Virus record (IMG/VR): IMGVR_UViG_3300029705_000042 | Length of the DNA: 64,000 bases | Strand: one strand, 5' to 3' | DNA from: a virus | Taxonomy: Duplodnaviria > Caudoviricetes | The notes under the pieces: model-generated | Databases searched by the model: none | What the model saw: only the letters and a program-made list of their open reading frames with translations | What the model was told of the DNA's origin: nothing | Shown: positions 1-7,740 of the stretch, piece by piece | Layout: every line of letters begins with the position of its first letter | Numbering within the stretch: the first letter of the stretch is position 1 | Program-made: the position numbers and the translations under genes

Positions 1-232
1 CGCCACATACTCTATCTTTTTCGTTGAAATAATCAACGATTTCATCCAACTTTTTTGTAACAAGAAAATCGGGAATTTCTCTGTTACCAAGAGTATGAAC
101 GGGACAATGTGTATCCCTGCAATGCTTTACAAATCTCCGTAAAGCATCCCAATTATCAATGCCGTGCCAAACGATATGATATATCTCCTTTGGAAATTCG
201 GGAAAACGATAAGTAATTAAATAATTTTTCAT
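1..232 (-). CDS. Hypothetical protein, runs off the left edge (MKNYLITYRFPEFPKEIYH...)
   Basis: ATG at 232 with GGAGG RBS upstream; frame open to the window edge; not in the ORF track. Confidence 0.7.
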   Translation of the reverse strand, partial: MKNYLITYRFPEFPKEIYHIVWHGIDNWDALRRFVKHCRDTHCPVHTLGNREIPDFLVTKKLDEIVDYFNEKDRVCG

Positions 233-269
233 ATCTTAAATCCTCCACTTAAAATACATGTTTTATAGT

Positions 270-560
270 TTAATTTATCCACGCATTGCGTAAATCTTTA
301 TAGTTTATTTTCTGTTTGACTATTAAATCGCATCCGTGATACCGCATTTTCAACTCCACTAAAAGCGATTTATATTCATCCTCTGTTGCCTTTTTGGTAT
401 TGTGATAAAATTCCAAGTCCGCTTCGCTGTGTTGTCCTATGTGCATATAGGATAGAATTCTTCCATAATTTGCGCTTGCCTCTGGGAAGAATGCCACAAC
501 CTCATATTTCTTTGTATATGGATTCTTTGCTTTCCTAAAGATAACCTTTACTTTTTCCAT
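270..560 (-). CDS. Hypothetical phage early protein (96 aa)
   Basis: ORF track; AAGGAGG RBS; co-oriented with neighbours. Confidence 0.8.
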   Translation of the reverse strand: MEKVKVIFRKAKNPYTKKYEVVAFFPEASANYGRILSYMHIGQHSEADLEFYHNTKKATEDEYKSLLVELKMRYHGCDLIVKQKINYKDLRNAWIN

Positions 561-585
561 CTTCGTTTCCTCCTTTTATTTTCCG

Positions 586-652
586 TTTGATAACTCAAAT
601 CATGAGAGGATAATTTTACTTGTTTTATCCTCTCAATCTTTCAATCATCAAA
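586..652 (-). other. Long imperfect intergenic hairpin, possible RNase III-type processing site
   Basis: TTTGATGATT..TGAGAGGATAA pairs with TTATCCTCTCA..AGTTATCAAA (~24 bp, internal loops) between a stop codon and an RBS. Confidence 0.5.
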
Positions 653-824
653 GCGTTTCCAAAAATTCGTTTACCTTTTTAAGTTCCGCTTCATCGGCTT
701 TAACTTCAAAGTGTACCAAGTTGTAACAAGAGGATGGCTCAAAGTAAATTCCATTTTCTTTAAGATATACTTTAAGCTTTTCCGCATCTCCCTTGTTAAG
801 CTCTACATTATAAAAGTTTTTCAT
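648..824 (-). CDS. Small hypothetical protein (58 aa, MKNFYNVELNKGDAEKLK...)
   Basis: Hand-translated; AGGAG RBS; below ORF-track cutoff. Confidence 0.75.
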   Translation of the reverse strand: MKNFYNVELNKGDAEKLKVYLKENGIYFEPSSCYNLVHFEVKADEAELKKVNEFLETL

Positions 825-852
825 GTTCCGTCAACTCCTATAAGTTTATGTT

Positions 853-1395
853 TTATTCCTCGTCCTCATAAGGTACATTGCATTTGATGTTGGTCAGCAC
901 ATAACTCCAAGCAGTTCCATAATGAGTCACACCCCATACATACATATCAAGTTCCTCATTGTAGAATACAATCTCGTTGATTTCTTTGAGAATTTCCGCT
1001 CCATTGTCGCTTACAATGTAATACTGATAACATTCTTCGTTATAAGAATCTTCCTGCTCTTCTTCAAGCTCATTGATTTTATCTTGAAGTTCTTCCATCT
1101 TGCTTACCATAGCAAGATGTTTTTCACTGTTCTCAAAGCTTTCGTCTGCATCAATCATTTCGCTGATATCATACATAATGCTGTCGATTTCTTCCTGAAG
1201 TTCTTCGATTTCTTCCGTGTTGTCTACCATTCCGCTTTCCTGCTCCCAGTAGCCTATTTCATAGGTTTTCTGGATGATGTCGTTATTCAACACAGCATCA
1301 AAAGCTTTTGCCAAAGTTCCGTAATCAACATATCCGTTTTCCTGTCCGTATTCGCTGATTTCGTTTCCGTAAAAGTATTTTCCGTGTACCTGCAT
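853..1395 (-). CDS. Acidic hypothetical protein with central coiled coil
   Basis: ORF track 853..1407; ATG at 1395 downstream of AAGGAG preferred. Confidence 0.8.
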   Translation of the reverse strand: MQVHGKYFYGNEISEYGQENGYVDYGTLAKAFDAVLNNDIIQKTYEIGYWEQESGMVDNTEEIEELQEEIDSIMYDISEMIDADESFENSEKHLAMVSKMEELQDKINELEEEQEDSYNEECYQYYIVSDNGAEILKEINEIVFYNEELDMYVWGVTHYGTAWSYVLTNIKCNVPYEDEE

Positions 1396-1467
1396 GTTGT
1401 TTTTCAACTCCTTATATTTATAATTTTATTTGTTGACTTGTTTATAGGACGATTTTTCAATCGTCCG

Positions 1468-1623
1468 TTATTTTTCTACATAATATAGAATGTAACCATA
1501 TTGAAAAGTGAATTTGTACTTAACCATTTTATACTCTGGATGTTCTTTCAACCAATCGTCCATCTCATACGCTTCTGCAAAGTAATATTTTACTTTGATT
1601 TCTTTTCCGTCTGTTGTTTTCAT
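1468..1623 (-). CDS. Small hypothetical protein (51 aa, MKTTDGKEIKVKYY...)
   Basis: Hand-translated; AAAGGATGGTG RBS; first gene after the 1672-1700 promoter. Confidence 0.7.
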   Translation of the reverse strand: MKTTDGKEIKVKYYFAEAYEMDDWLKEHPEYKMVKYKFTFQYGYILYYVEK

Positions 1624-1671
1624 GATGAACACCATCCTTTGTGGTTATGGTCTTTCCTTATCCTCAAATAC

Positions 1672-1700
1672 AGTATAGCATACGAAACATACCTTGTCAA
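1672..1700 (-). promoter_or_regulatory. Sigma70/SigA promoter with extended -10
   Basis: TTGACA-17 bp-TATACT with TG at the extended -10 position. Confidence 0.85.
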
Positions 1701-1759
1701 GTAGTTTATTGAAATTTGTAAATTGTTTACAATTTGTTCACAATTTTATTTTCCATTGC

Positions 1760-1969
1760 TTAATCAATGGATTTTCCAATAGCATTCATACAAGCTTCAC
1801 GGAAGAATGTGTTTTTTGGAATATTATTTTCCTCGCAGTACGCTTCAATATCTTCCAACTCTGTGATTTTGAATAAAACTGTCTGGCGTTTATAATTTTT
1901 CTTTTCGTATTCTTTCCTTGCTTTTTTATTACACTCCATTTGATTCTTTTCTCTTATTGTCTTTGCCAT
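1760..1969 (-). CDS. Small basic protein, possible ribbon-helix-helix DNA-binding regulator
   Basis: Start moved to MAKTIREK (RBS AAAGGAGG); KRQTVLFK strand followed by two helices (NIPKNTFFREAC). Confidence 0.6.
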   Translation of the reverse strand: MAKTIREKNQMECNKKARKEYEKKNYKRQTVLFKITELEDIEAYCEENNIPKNTFFREACMNAIGKSID

Positions 1970-1994
1970 AACAAATTTCCTCCTTTTCCATTTC

Positions 1995-2081
1995 AGCATA
2001 CCCACTACTTTAGATTTGTGGTGTGTAGCTTTAAACAGCGGATTTCTTGTAGCTTTCCGCTGTCCTATCAGCTTTTATGCT
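1995..2081 (-). ncRNA. Twister ribozyme, permuted type P5 (copy A)
   Basis: agcau..AGCU GA UAG [P1 gacagcgga/uccgcuguu] U^AA AGCU AC..accac..U CUA AA GU..gugg..augcu; T1 UAG/CUA, T2 AC/GU; predicted cut 2033/2032. Confidence 0.8.
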
Positions 2082-2278
2082 ATTATTATGTCGCTCATAT
2101 CCATTGGTTTTCCAACCTTATTCCATTGTGTTACGCTGATTTGATACCCTTCGCTTTCGGGGAATTTTTCTTTGAAAATCATATACATCCCTTCCGCTTG
2201 CGTTAAGCTTGTAATACTTCTTTCCGCTGTTGCAAAAAAGTGATAACCATTCTTTGAAACATTGATTTCATAATACAT
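2075..2278 (-). CDS. Hypothetical protein (67 aa)
   Basis: ORF track; AGGAGG RBS. Confidence 0.8.
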   Translation of the reverse strand: MYYEINVSKNGYHFFATAERSITSLTQAEGMYMIFKEKFPESEGYQISVTQWNKVGKPMDMSDIIIA

Positions 2279-2291
2279 AATACTTTCCTCC

Positions 2292-2681
2292 TTATGCTTT
2301 CAAAGTTTCAACCAATTCAACAAGTTTATCATAAAAATCTTCCGAAACATAACCAGCAAGATAACCGCCAATCTCATTTATCCATTGATAGATAAATTCA
2401 TCTTCGTCATCTTCATACTGGCAACTTTCGTACCAATTTTCTTTGGTAAACTCTTTGAATTTTTCCATATTGTTTGTGATAAGTTCCGTCCACTTCACAA
2501 TTAAAATATCGTCGTTCTGTTCTTCCAATTCGACTTTCTTCATCAGTTCAATGCAGAATTTATCATAATTATCTTCCGCATCTTCTTCGTCAATGTAGCA
2601 AACAGTAACTCCAGTATCAAAAACTGTGTCGCAGGTATCGTAATCGTTCTGGGAGATTTTCATAAAGTCATATAATTTCAT
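2292..2681 (-). CDS. Acidic hypothetical protein (129 aa)
   Basis: ORF track; GAAGGAAGG RBS. Confidence 0.8.
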   Translation of the reverse strand: MKLYDFMKISQNDYDTCDTVFDTGVTVCYIDEEDAEDNYDKFCIELMKKVELEEQNDDILIVKWTELITNNMEKFKEFTKENWYESCQYEDDEDEFIYQWINEIGGYLAGYVSEDFYDKLVELVETLKA

Positions 2682-2710
2682 ATAATTTTCCTTCCTTCTC
2701 TTTTTATTTT

Positions 2711-2787
2711 AGCACCTACCTACTTTGGATATGGTAGTGTAGCTTTACTACGGAAAATAAATTTTCCGTAGCCATCAGCCTTATGCC
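2711..2787 (-). ncRNA. Twister ribozyme, permuted type P5 (copy B)
   Basis: ggcau..GGCU GA UGG [P1 cuacggaaaau/auuuuccguag] U^AA AGCU AC..uacc..U CCA AA GU..ggua..gugcu; T1 UGG/CCA; predicted cut 2747/2746. Confidence 0.8.
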
Positions 2788-3986
2788 TTGATAGTACATC
2801 TTGTCAGCTCTGTCTGTTTGACTCCCTTGTACTCATTGTGCGCTTTAATTGTTCCCTTGATTTTCCCTTTAAAATCGTCTTGCAACCAATTTGAAGTTTT
2901 CCATGTGAAAATGTTTCCATTTTCATCAACGATTTTGTAAATTGTGACAGTACCAAAATCGGTTGACCAACTTGTTAAAGCCTTAACAAGTGATACACAA
3001 AATTCAATTCTATCACCAATCTTTCCAACATGAGCGGAAATTTCTCGCTCTTTTTGTTTTTCTTCTTCCAATTTTCTACGCTGGGATTCTTTTTCAAGCT
3101 CCTTATCATAAGTAGGAAGAAGAGAAACCAAAATACCGATTTGTCCATAATTAACAAATCTCAAACTTCCGACAACCTTCAAATTATGCATATAATTTCC
3201 GTTGCCTTCTTGATTTGCCAACCATTCAAGAGCAGATTTTGCGATTCTTTCCGCTTTTGCGCTATGTGCATCGAATGCAACTCTTCGCATTTCTTCCTCG
3301 CATTGCTCCTCCATCTCTTTGCTCATCGGAAGACCTCCATGCTCTACAAAGTAGTAGTCCATAGTTTGCTTTTTGGTATTTCGTTCACTTGTGTTATATG
3401 CAGGGATATAACCAAAATGACGAATGGTTTCGCTTGCGTAACATAAGATTTCAAAAGTATCATAATATCTTTGCATTGTACCAAGATTATTGACTTCCTC
3501 ACCTTGAATAAGTTCGTCAAAATAGGCAATATACCTTGCTATATTTTCCGCACTCATTCCGTTTGTAAAGTCCTTCAAACAAGCCTTTCCAACCTGCTTG
3601 AATTCTCCATTTTCGGTATTCTGCACAATATAAGTATATTTCCGTACTCTGTTACTATTGCAATGTTCACAAATCGGGTCAGCATTGTAGTAATTTTCTG
3701 GAATTTCAATTTCAGCGGATTCTACCGACTTTTTGAAGATATTTCCTTTTTCGGTATGCTCTACCGTTGCAATGAATTTCCAGTTATTAATGATTGCCGT
3801 TCCACTTGCTTCTACTATGATGAATTTTGCGGTGTATGTTTTGCCATTTTCCATCTTGACTTCTTTAAACTCTTCGCCAATCCGTTCATAGTGAAAATCA
3901 CAACCGTATTTTTCACACTTGTTTCGGATAGCGTTCAACTTCTTTTCAAGTCTTTCCAGATTTCCTTCAAAAATAGAATATTGCAT
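2781..3986 (-). CDS. Phage protein (401 aa) with CxxC motif and possible C-terminal OB-like domain
   Basis: CEHC..NRVR..FKQVGKACL motif; beta-rich C-terminus; GGAGG RBS. Confidence 0.75.
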   Translation of the reverse strand: MQYSIFEGNLERLEKKLNAIRNKCEKYGCDFHYERIGEEFKEVKMENGKTYTAKFIIVEASGTAIINNWKFIATVEHTEKGNIFKKSVESAEIEIPENYYNADPICEHCNSNRVRKYTYIVQNTENGEFKQVGKACLKDFTNGMSAENIARYIAYFDELIQGEEVNNLGTMQRYYDTFEILCYASETIRHFGYIPAYNTSERNTKKQTMDYYFVEHGGLPMSKEMEEQCEEEMRRVAFDAHSAKAERIAKSALEWLANQEGNGNYMHNLKVVGSLRFVNYGQIGILVSLLPTYDKELEKESQRRKLEEEKQKEREISAHVGKIGDRIEFCVSLVKALTSWSTDFGTVTIYKIVDENGNIFTWKTSNWLQDDFKGKIKGTIKAHNEYKGVKQTELTRCTIKA

Positions 3987-4024
3987 AGCTCCCTCCGTTT
4001 TTATTTTCCTTTTCTTTTTAATTC

Positions 4025-4103
4025 AGCATACCGCTTACTTTGGATATAGCGGTGTACCTTTAACAAGACAGATATTTCCGTCTTGCCCATCAGGGTTTAT
4101 GCT
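4025..4103 (-). ncRNA. Twister ribozyme, permuted type P5 (copy C)
   Basis: agcau..ACCCU GA UGG [P1 gcaagacgga/ucugucuugu] U^AA AGGU AC accgcu..U CCA AA GU..agcggu augcu; predicted cut 4062/4061. Confidence 0.78.
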
Positions 4104-4186
4104 TTGTTTAATTCTTCATCCAACTCTTTTAAAGCTTGTTCAAGTTCTTTTAAGAGTTGGTAGGTGTATAAGTCATAGACTTTCAT
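4097..4186 (-). CDS. Micro-protein (29 aa, MKVYDLYTYQLLKELEQALKELDEELNKA)
   Basis: GGAGGTG RBS; ends GCA TAA inside twister C like the other twister-preceding genes. Confidence 0.65.
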   Translation of the reverse strand: MKVYDLYTYQLLKELEQALKELDEELNKA

Positions 4187-4216
4187 TTTTTTACACCTCC
4201 CAGATAAAATTCTCCG

Positions 4217-4552
4217 TCAAGCTTCGTTGTGTTTGTCAATGATTTTCTGCAAGTCTGGCGTGATATTTTCCAAGACAGTATAGCCGTTTGCTTCTAACGC
4301 TTCTTCCATACCTTCTTTAATAAAATACTGTGTAACATCTTCAAATTGAATATCTTCCACGAAATTGTTTGCACCTACCCAGCCTTGTACATCATTTTCG
4401 TCGGGATTTACATAATCCCAACCAGCAACAAGCTCAAGATTAATTAAAATATATTCCGTATTGCCGTATGTTTCAAATTCTCCTACCTTGTAAACAAGAT
4501 TCCCAGTATCATTGACAACATAGAATTTATGATTTTCAAGATAATGTTTCAT
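4217..4552 (-). CDS. Hypothetical protein (111 aa)
   Basis: ORF track; GAAGGA RBS. Confidence 0.8.
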   Translation of the reverse strand: MKHYLENHKFYVVNDTGNLVYKVGEFETYGNTEYILINLELVAGWDYVNPDENDVQGWVGANNFVEDIQFEDVTQYFIKEGMEEALEANGYTVLENITPDLQKIIDKHNEA

Positions 4553-4587
4553 AATTTATTCCTTCTCTCTTTTTATTTTTGTGGCTT

Positions 4588-4655
4588 CCCACTACACCCA
4601 GCGGAATTTTCCGCTGAATGTTTCGGCTGGTTGCCGTCCAGCCTCATCAGGTAGG
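4588..4655 (-). ncRNA. Hammerhead ribozyme type I (HH1)
   Basis: ccuac CUGAUGA ggcugg/ccagcc GAAA cauucagcgg/ccgcugggug UA^ guggg; GUA triplet; cut 4593/4592. Confidence 0.92.
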
Positions 4656-5198
4656 TCAATGTGCATACTCATAAACTGCTTCTCCGTTTGAGAAAATTCC
4701 AAGGCAATGCAATTCTCTCCATCCGTATTCGGGAGCAACCTTTTCCATCCAACGATTGATTTTGCGAATTTCCGCATCATACTTGCGAATTGCTTGACTT
4801 CTACACATATCATAGTAGTATCTGCAATCCTCATTGTCTAGTTCGTGCGGATTTTCCTTTTCTTCCACGAAAAGCTGAATACCTGTATAATATCCGCTTT
4901 TGAAAACGATTTTGTGGAATGTTAGAGTATCGTTCAATTCTTCCATCTTGTCTTTAAATCCGTCATAACCATTGATAATGTCATCATAGAATGTTTCATT
5001 CCATAAATCCATTGTTTCATTATAGGATTTTTCCAGAATGTGTTTTTTCCATTCGTCAGAAACAGCGACTTCATATTCAGGATAATAATACTCATCATAC
5101 TGAAATTCTTCCGCTTCATATTCTTCCAAACTGATAGGCTCAAAGGCTTGAATGTAAAGGCTAAAATTTTTCTGGGTATAAAAGTTTGGTGTACTCAT
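4656..5198 (-). CDS. Hypothetical protein (180 aa, MSTPNFYTQ...)
   Basis: Start corrected to ATG 5198 (RBS AAGGAAGG); the longer ORF-track start runs through HH2. Confidence 0.8.
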   Translation of the reverse strand: MSTPNFYTQKNFSLYIQAFEPISLEEYEAEEFQYDEYYYPEYEVAVSDEWKKHILEKSYNETMDLWNETFYDDIINGYDGFKDKMEELNDTLTFHKIVFKSGYYTGIQLFVEEKENPHELDNEDCRYYYDMCRSQAIRKYDAEIRKINRWMEKVAPEYGWRELHCLGIFSNGEAVYEYAH

Positions 5199-5233
5199 AA
5201 TATACCATCCTTCCTTTTCTCTTTTTAGTGATT

Positions 5234-5299
5234 TCTCACGACAAGAGGAAATTTTCCTCTTGTTTCGGACGGTCATCATCCGTCCATCATCAGGTGAGA
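5234..5299 (-). ncRNA. Hammerhead ribozyme type I (HH2)
   Basis: ucucac CUGAUGA u ggacgg/ccgucc GAAA caagaggaa/uuccucuug UC^ gugaga; cut 5240/5239. Confidence 0.92.
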
Positions 5300-5302
5300 T
5301 TT

Positions 5303-5644
5303 TCAATAAATATCAACCGAAAAATCCGTTTCATTGTCACCATCGAAAAGCTCTTCATATCCTGCTTTGTTGTATTCTGCGGAAATAATAATCCAGTTGA
5401 TTTCTTCCGTATAGACAATTTCTCCAAACTGTTCCAGATATTCTTTGATACTTTCCGCATCCTTCGGTCTACAAGTGACATATACATCGTTTCCGCTGTC
5501 ATTTTCCACCTTGTAGAACATATCAGGATATTCCCTTGCATTATTCCATATATGCAAGAATGACAACGCATATTTCTGTACACCACCTTCAAGACGGACG
5601 GTGATTCGGATTGCTTTTTCTTTTTCATAGAACAAATTAATCAT
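5303..5644 (-). CDS. Hypothetical protein (113 aa)
   Basis: ORF track; AAAGGA RBS; lies between HH3 and HH2. Confidence 0.8.
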   Translation of the reverse strand: MINLFYEKEKAIRITVRLEGGVQKYALSFLHIWNNAREYPDMFYKVENDSGNDVYVTCRPKDAESIKEYLEQFGEIVYTEEINWIIISAEYNKAGYEELFDGDNETDFSVDIY

Positions 5645-5680
5645 GATTTTTTCCTTTTCTTTTTTAAATTTTTGTAGTTT

Positions 5681-5739
5681 CCTACGACACGGATTTCTCC
5701 GTGTTTCGACAAGTAACTATCTTGTCATCATCAGGTAGG
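5681..5739 (-). ncRNA. Hammerhead ribozyme type I (HH3)
   Basis: ccuac CUGAUGA u gacaag/cuuguc GAAA cacgga/uccgug UC^ guagg; cut 5686/5685. Confidence 0.92.
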
Positions 5740-5741
5740 TT

Positions 5742-6113
5742 TCAAATTTCACAGCAAGTTAAATTCCAAGCGTTTCCAAGCTCGTAATATAATCCGTATT
5801 TTCCAAGAATTTTGGAAAATTCCATCTCAAATTTTGCTCCCCAGTATCCATTTAATACTTCGTATAAACTTCCTTCAAAGCTCATACTCAAAATATTTGG
5901 CTCTGCGACATACTCAAAATAATCCTTCGGGTTTGCCTCATACTCAAAATATTTATTTTGGTTATAGCAAAATTCTGTTCCGTCCTTGCTATTTGTGCTC
6001 CAGCATTTTCCATTAAAATAAATGTGTACATCAATCCACAATTCATTTTTAATCAAAAATGCGTGAATTTCCTTTGCTAACTGTTCAATTTTTTTATGCT
6101 GTTTTGCATTCAT
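5742..6113 (-). CDS. Hypothetical protein (123 aa, MNAKQHKKIE...)
   Basis: Start corrected to ATG 6113 (RBS AAGGGAG). Confidence 0.8.
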   Translation of the reverse strand: MNAKQHKKIEQLAKEIHAFLIKNELWIDVHIYFNGKCWSTNSKDGTEFCYNQNKYFEYEANPKDYFEYVAEPNILSMSFEGSLYEVLNGYWGAKFEMEFSKILGKYGLYYELGNAWNLTCCEI

Positions 6114-6146
6114 TTTTGACAGCTCCCTTTTCGCTTTTATGTGGTT

Positions 6147-6202
6147 TTCCACGACGCTCCAAGCGTTTCGGCAAGTGACCAACTTGCCATCGTCAGGTGG
6201 AA
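6147..6202 (-). ncRNA. Hammerhead ribozyme type I (HH4)
   Basis: uuccac CUGACGA u ggcaagu/acuugcc GAAA cgcu/agcg UC^ guggaa; cut 6153/6152. Confidence 0.92.
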
Positions 6203-6203
6203 T

Positions 6204-6320
6204 TTACTTTTGTCCGTCAAATTTACAAATACCTTCTTTGACAGCTTCTTTTGCGATTTCTCCCTTGCCAGTAGTCAGGAAGATAATCCAATTCAAGATT
6301 GATTTTAGTACTTTTTTCAT
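6204..6320 (-). CDS. Micro-protein (38 aa, MKKVLKSILNWIIFLTTGKG...)
   Basis: GGAGG RBS; ATGA overlap with the upstream stop. Confidence 0.7.
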   Translation of the reverse strand: MKKVLKSILNWIIFLTTGKGEIAKEAVKEGICKFDGQK

Positions 6321-6523
6321 ACGATTTTTCCTCCGCATTTAATAATACTTGCAATTATAACCATTGTTTCGGATTCTCCGAAGTGCATTCTATAACGCAA
6401 CATGTTATATATTTCTTCAAATGATATGGGATTACCAGATAATGTATTTCCGAAGTATGCAGTATTATCTTTGTTTGCGTTAATAATCTGTTCACATTCT
6501 TTTTTCGTCCAATGATTTTTCAT
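6317..6523 (-). CDS. Hypothetical protein (68 aa)
   Basis: ORF track; AAAGGA RBS. Confidence 0.75.
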   Translation of the reverse strand: MKNHWTKKECEQIINANKDNTAYFGNTLSGNPISFEEIYNMLRYRMHFGESETMVIIASIIKCGGKIV

Positions 6524-6557
6524 ATGATTTTTTCCTTTTCTTTTTATTCAGGTTTTC

Positions 6558-6627
6558 ACCTACCCCAGCGGATAAAACCGCTGGACGCTCACGGCTTAAA
6601 GGTCTGTTTATACTTGCCGTGACAAGT
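6558..6627 (-). ncRNA. Pistol ribozyme (copy 1)
   Basis: P1 acuug/caagu with loop ucacgg; AUAAACAG; P2 accu/aggu; UUAA; pseudoknot gccguga; GCG; P3 uccagcgg/ccgcuggg; G^U site 6563/6562. Confidence 0.9.
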
Positions 6628-6629
6628 TT

Positions 6630-6986
6630 TTAAAGCATCGTGTAAAGCTCTTGCAGGTCTGCATAAAATACAGGTTTGTTTTCGGCAAGGTCTTGCATCA
6701 TGACAGCTTCTTTTGCTCCCGTCATACGCTTTATATTGTGCTTGCGTTTGTATGCTTCTCTAAAGTCTGCAAATTCAGCATCAAGCAAAGCATAAACGCA
6801 TCTTTTCATGACGGATTGATAACAGTATGATTCCCAAGTACGATTATAGTACTGAACTTTTGCCTCGCCTATCAAACTACCGTTTTTATACAGTTTTGTT
6901 TCATGTACAAAACCAGAACGATTTGAACGATAGGAATTGACAAATTCATACTCATTATTGTTTATAATCTTTGTTGTAGTACTCAT
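6630..6986 (-). CDS. Hypothetical protein (118 aa, MSTTTKIINN...)
   Basis: Start corrected to ATG 6986 (RBS GGAAGGTG). Confidence 0.8.
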   Translation of the reverse strand: MSTTTKIINNNEYEFVNSYRSNRSGFVHETKLYKNGSLIGEAKVQYYNRTWESYCYQSVMKRCVYALLDAEFADFREAYKRKHNIKRMTGAKEAVMMQDLAENKPVFYADLQELYTML

Positions 6987-7010
6987 AATATAGCACCTTC
7001 CTTTTCTTTT

Positions 7011-7072
7011 AATCTGGACGCCTTGACTTGCAAGGCGTTTCGTCTTAATTTTCAAAGACTCATCAGCAGATT
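7011..7072 (-). ncRNA. Hammerhead ribozyme type I (HH5)
   Basis: aaucug CUGAUGA gucuu/aagac GAAA cgccuug/caaggcg UC^ cagauu; cut 7017/7016. Confidence 0.93.
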
Positions 7073-7073
7073 T

Positions 7074-7325
7074 TTATATTACGCTTAATTCTTTTAATGC
7101 TTTTTTGCCTAGCGTATAAATATGCGTATCATCACAATTATATTTTTCATACCATTCGCACATAGTATTTGAGCCTATAAAAGCACGGAGACAGTCAAAA
7201 GTTAAACGCTTTTCAAAGTCGTTATATTGACCGCTTGCCTTTAGTTTTGGAGCGTATTCTTTGATTTTATCAATATGCTTTTCAAATTGATTTTTTACAA
7301 ATTCAAATTCATTTTGAAGCTTCAT
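7074..7325 (-). CDS. Hypothetical protein (83 aa)
   Basis: ORF track; GGAAGGT RBS. Confidence 0.8.
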   Translation of the reverse strand: MKLQNEFEFVKNQFEKHIDKIKEYAPKLKASGQYNDFEKRLTFDCLRAFIGSNTMCEWYEKYNCDDTHIYTLGKKALKELSVI

Positions 7326-7360
7326 GACTTATACCTTCCTTTTCTTTTTATTGAGTTTTC

Positions 7361-7431
7361 GCTCATCCCAGCCTTTATTGAGGCTGGACGCTCCCAGCTT
7401 AAGAGCCTATTTTTAATCGCTGGGACGATTA
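7361..7431 (-). ncRNA. Pistol ribozyme (copy 2)
   Basis: P1 aaucg/cgauu with loop ucccag; AAAAAUAG; P2 gcuc/gagc; UUAA; pseudoknot gcuggga; GCG; P3 uccagccu/aggcuggg; A^U site 7366/7365; compensatory changes relative to copy 1. Confidence 0.88.
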
Positions 7432-7434
7432 TTT

Positions 7435-7704
7435 TTAACAAGTAATTAAATAACTATTTTTTGTAGTTACAATACGCCAGCCGTTTTTTACTTGCCAAGA
7501 TACTGTATATTGATAATCGTTATAACTGCAAATATGAAAGTTTTTGCCGTGTTCTGCTGAACACTTAAAAATTAAATCAATGAAAATATGATTTTCTAAA
7601 GGCGTATAACTTGAATAAATGTCATCAATCAAAAAGCCTTTGTCTTGTTTGGCTAGTTTAATCATTGCCTGACCTTTATGCGTTTTGCCGTCGATAACTT
7701 TCAT
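7435..7704 (-). CDS. Hypothetical protein (89 aa)
   Basis: ORF track; AAGGGAG RBS. Confidence 0.8.
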   Translation of the reverse strand: MKVIDGKTHKGQAMIKLAKQDKGFLIDDIYSSYTPLENHIFIDLIFKCSAEHGKNFHICSYNDYQYTVSWQVKNGWRIVTTKNSYLITC

Positions 7705-7740
7705 TTTTGACAGCTCCCTTTTCTCTTTTTATAGGATTTT

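Noticed and set aside
586-652. UUGAUGA-UU-GAAA as a minimal hammerhead
   Set aside because: No C3, no stem II, no stem I and no NUH site; better explained as one long hairpin
1995-4103. The three CUGAURG...UAAAG elements as degenerate hammerheads or a new ribozyme class
   Set aside because: They lack GAAA/G12 but fit a circularly permuted twister (UAA site, GA, covarying T1 and T2), so they are called twister type P5
4592-7055. ORF-track N-terminal extensions and ORF 4592..4834 that overlap ribozymes
   Set aside because: They run through structured RNA and lack RBSs; downstream ATGs have clear RBSs
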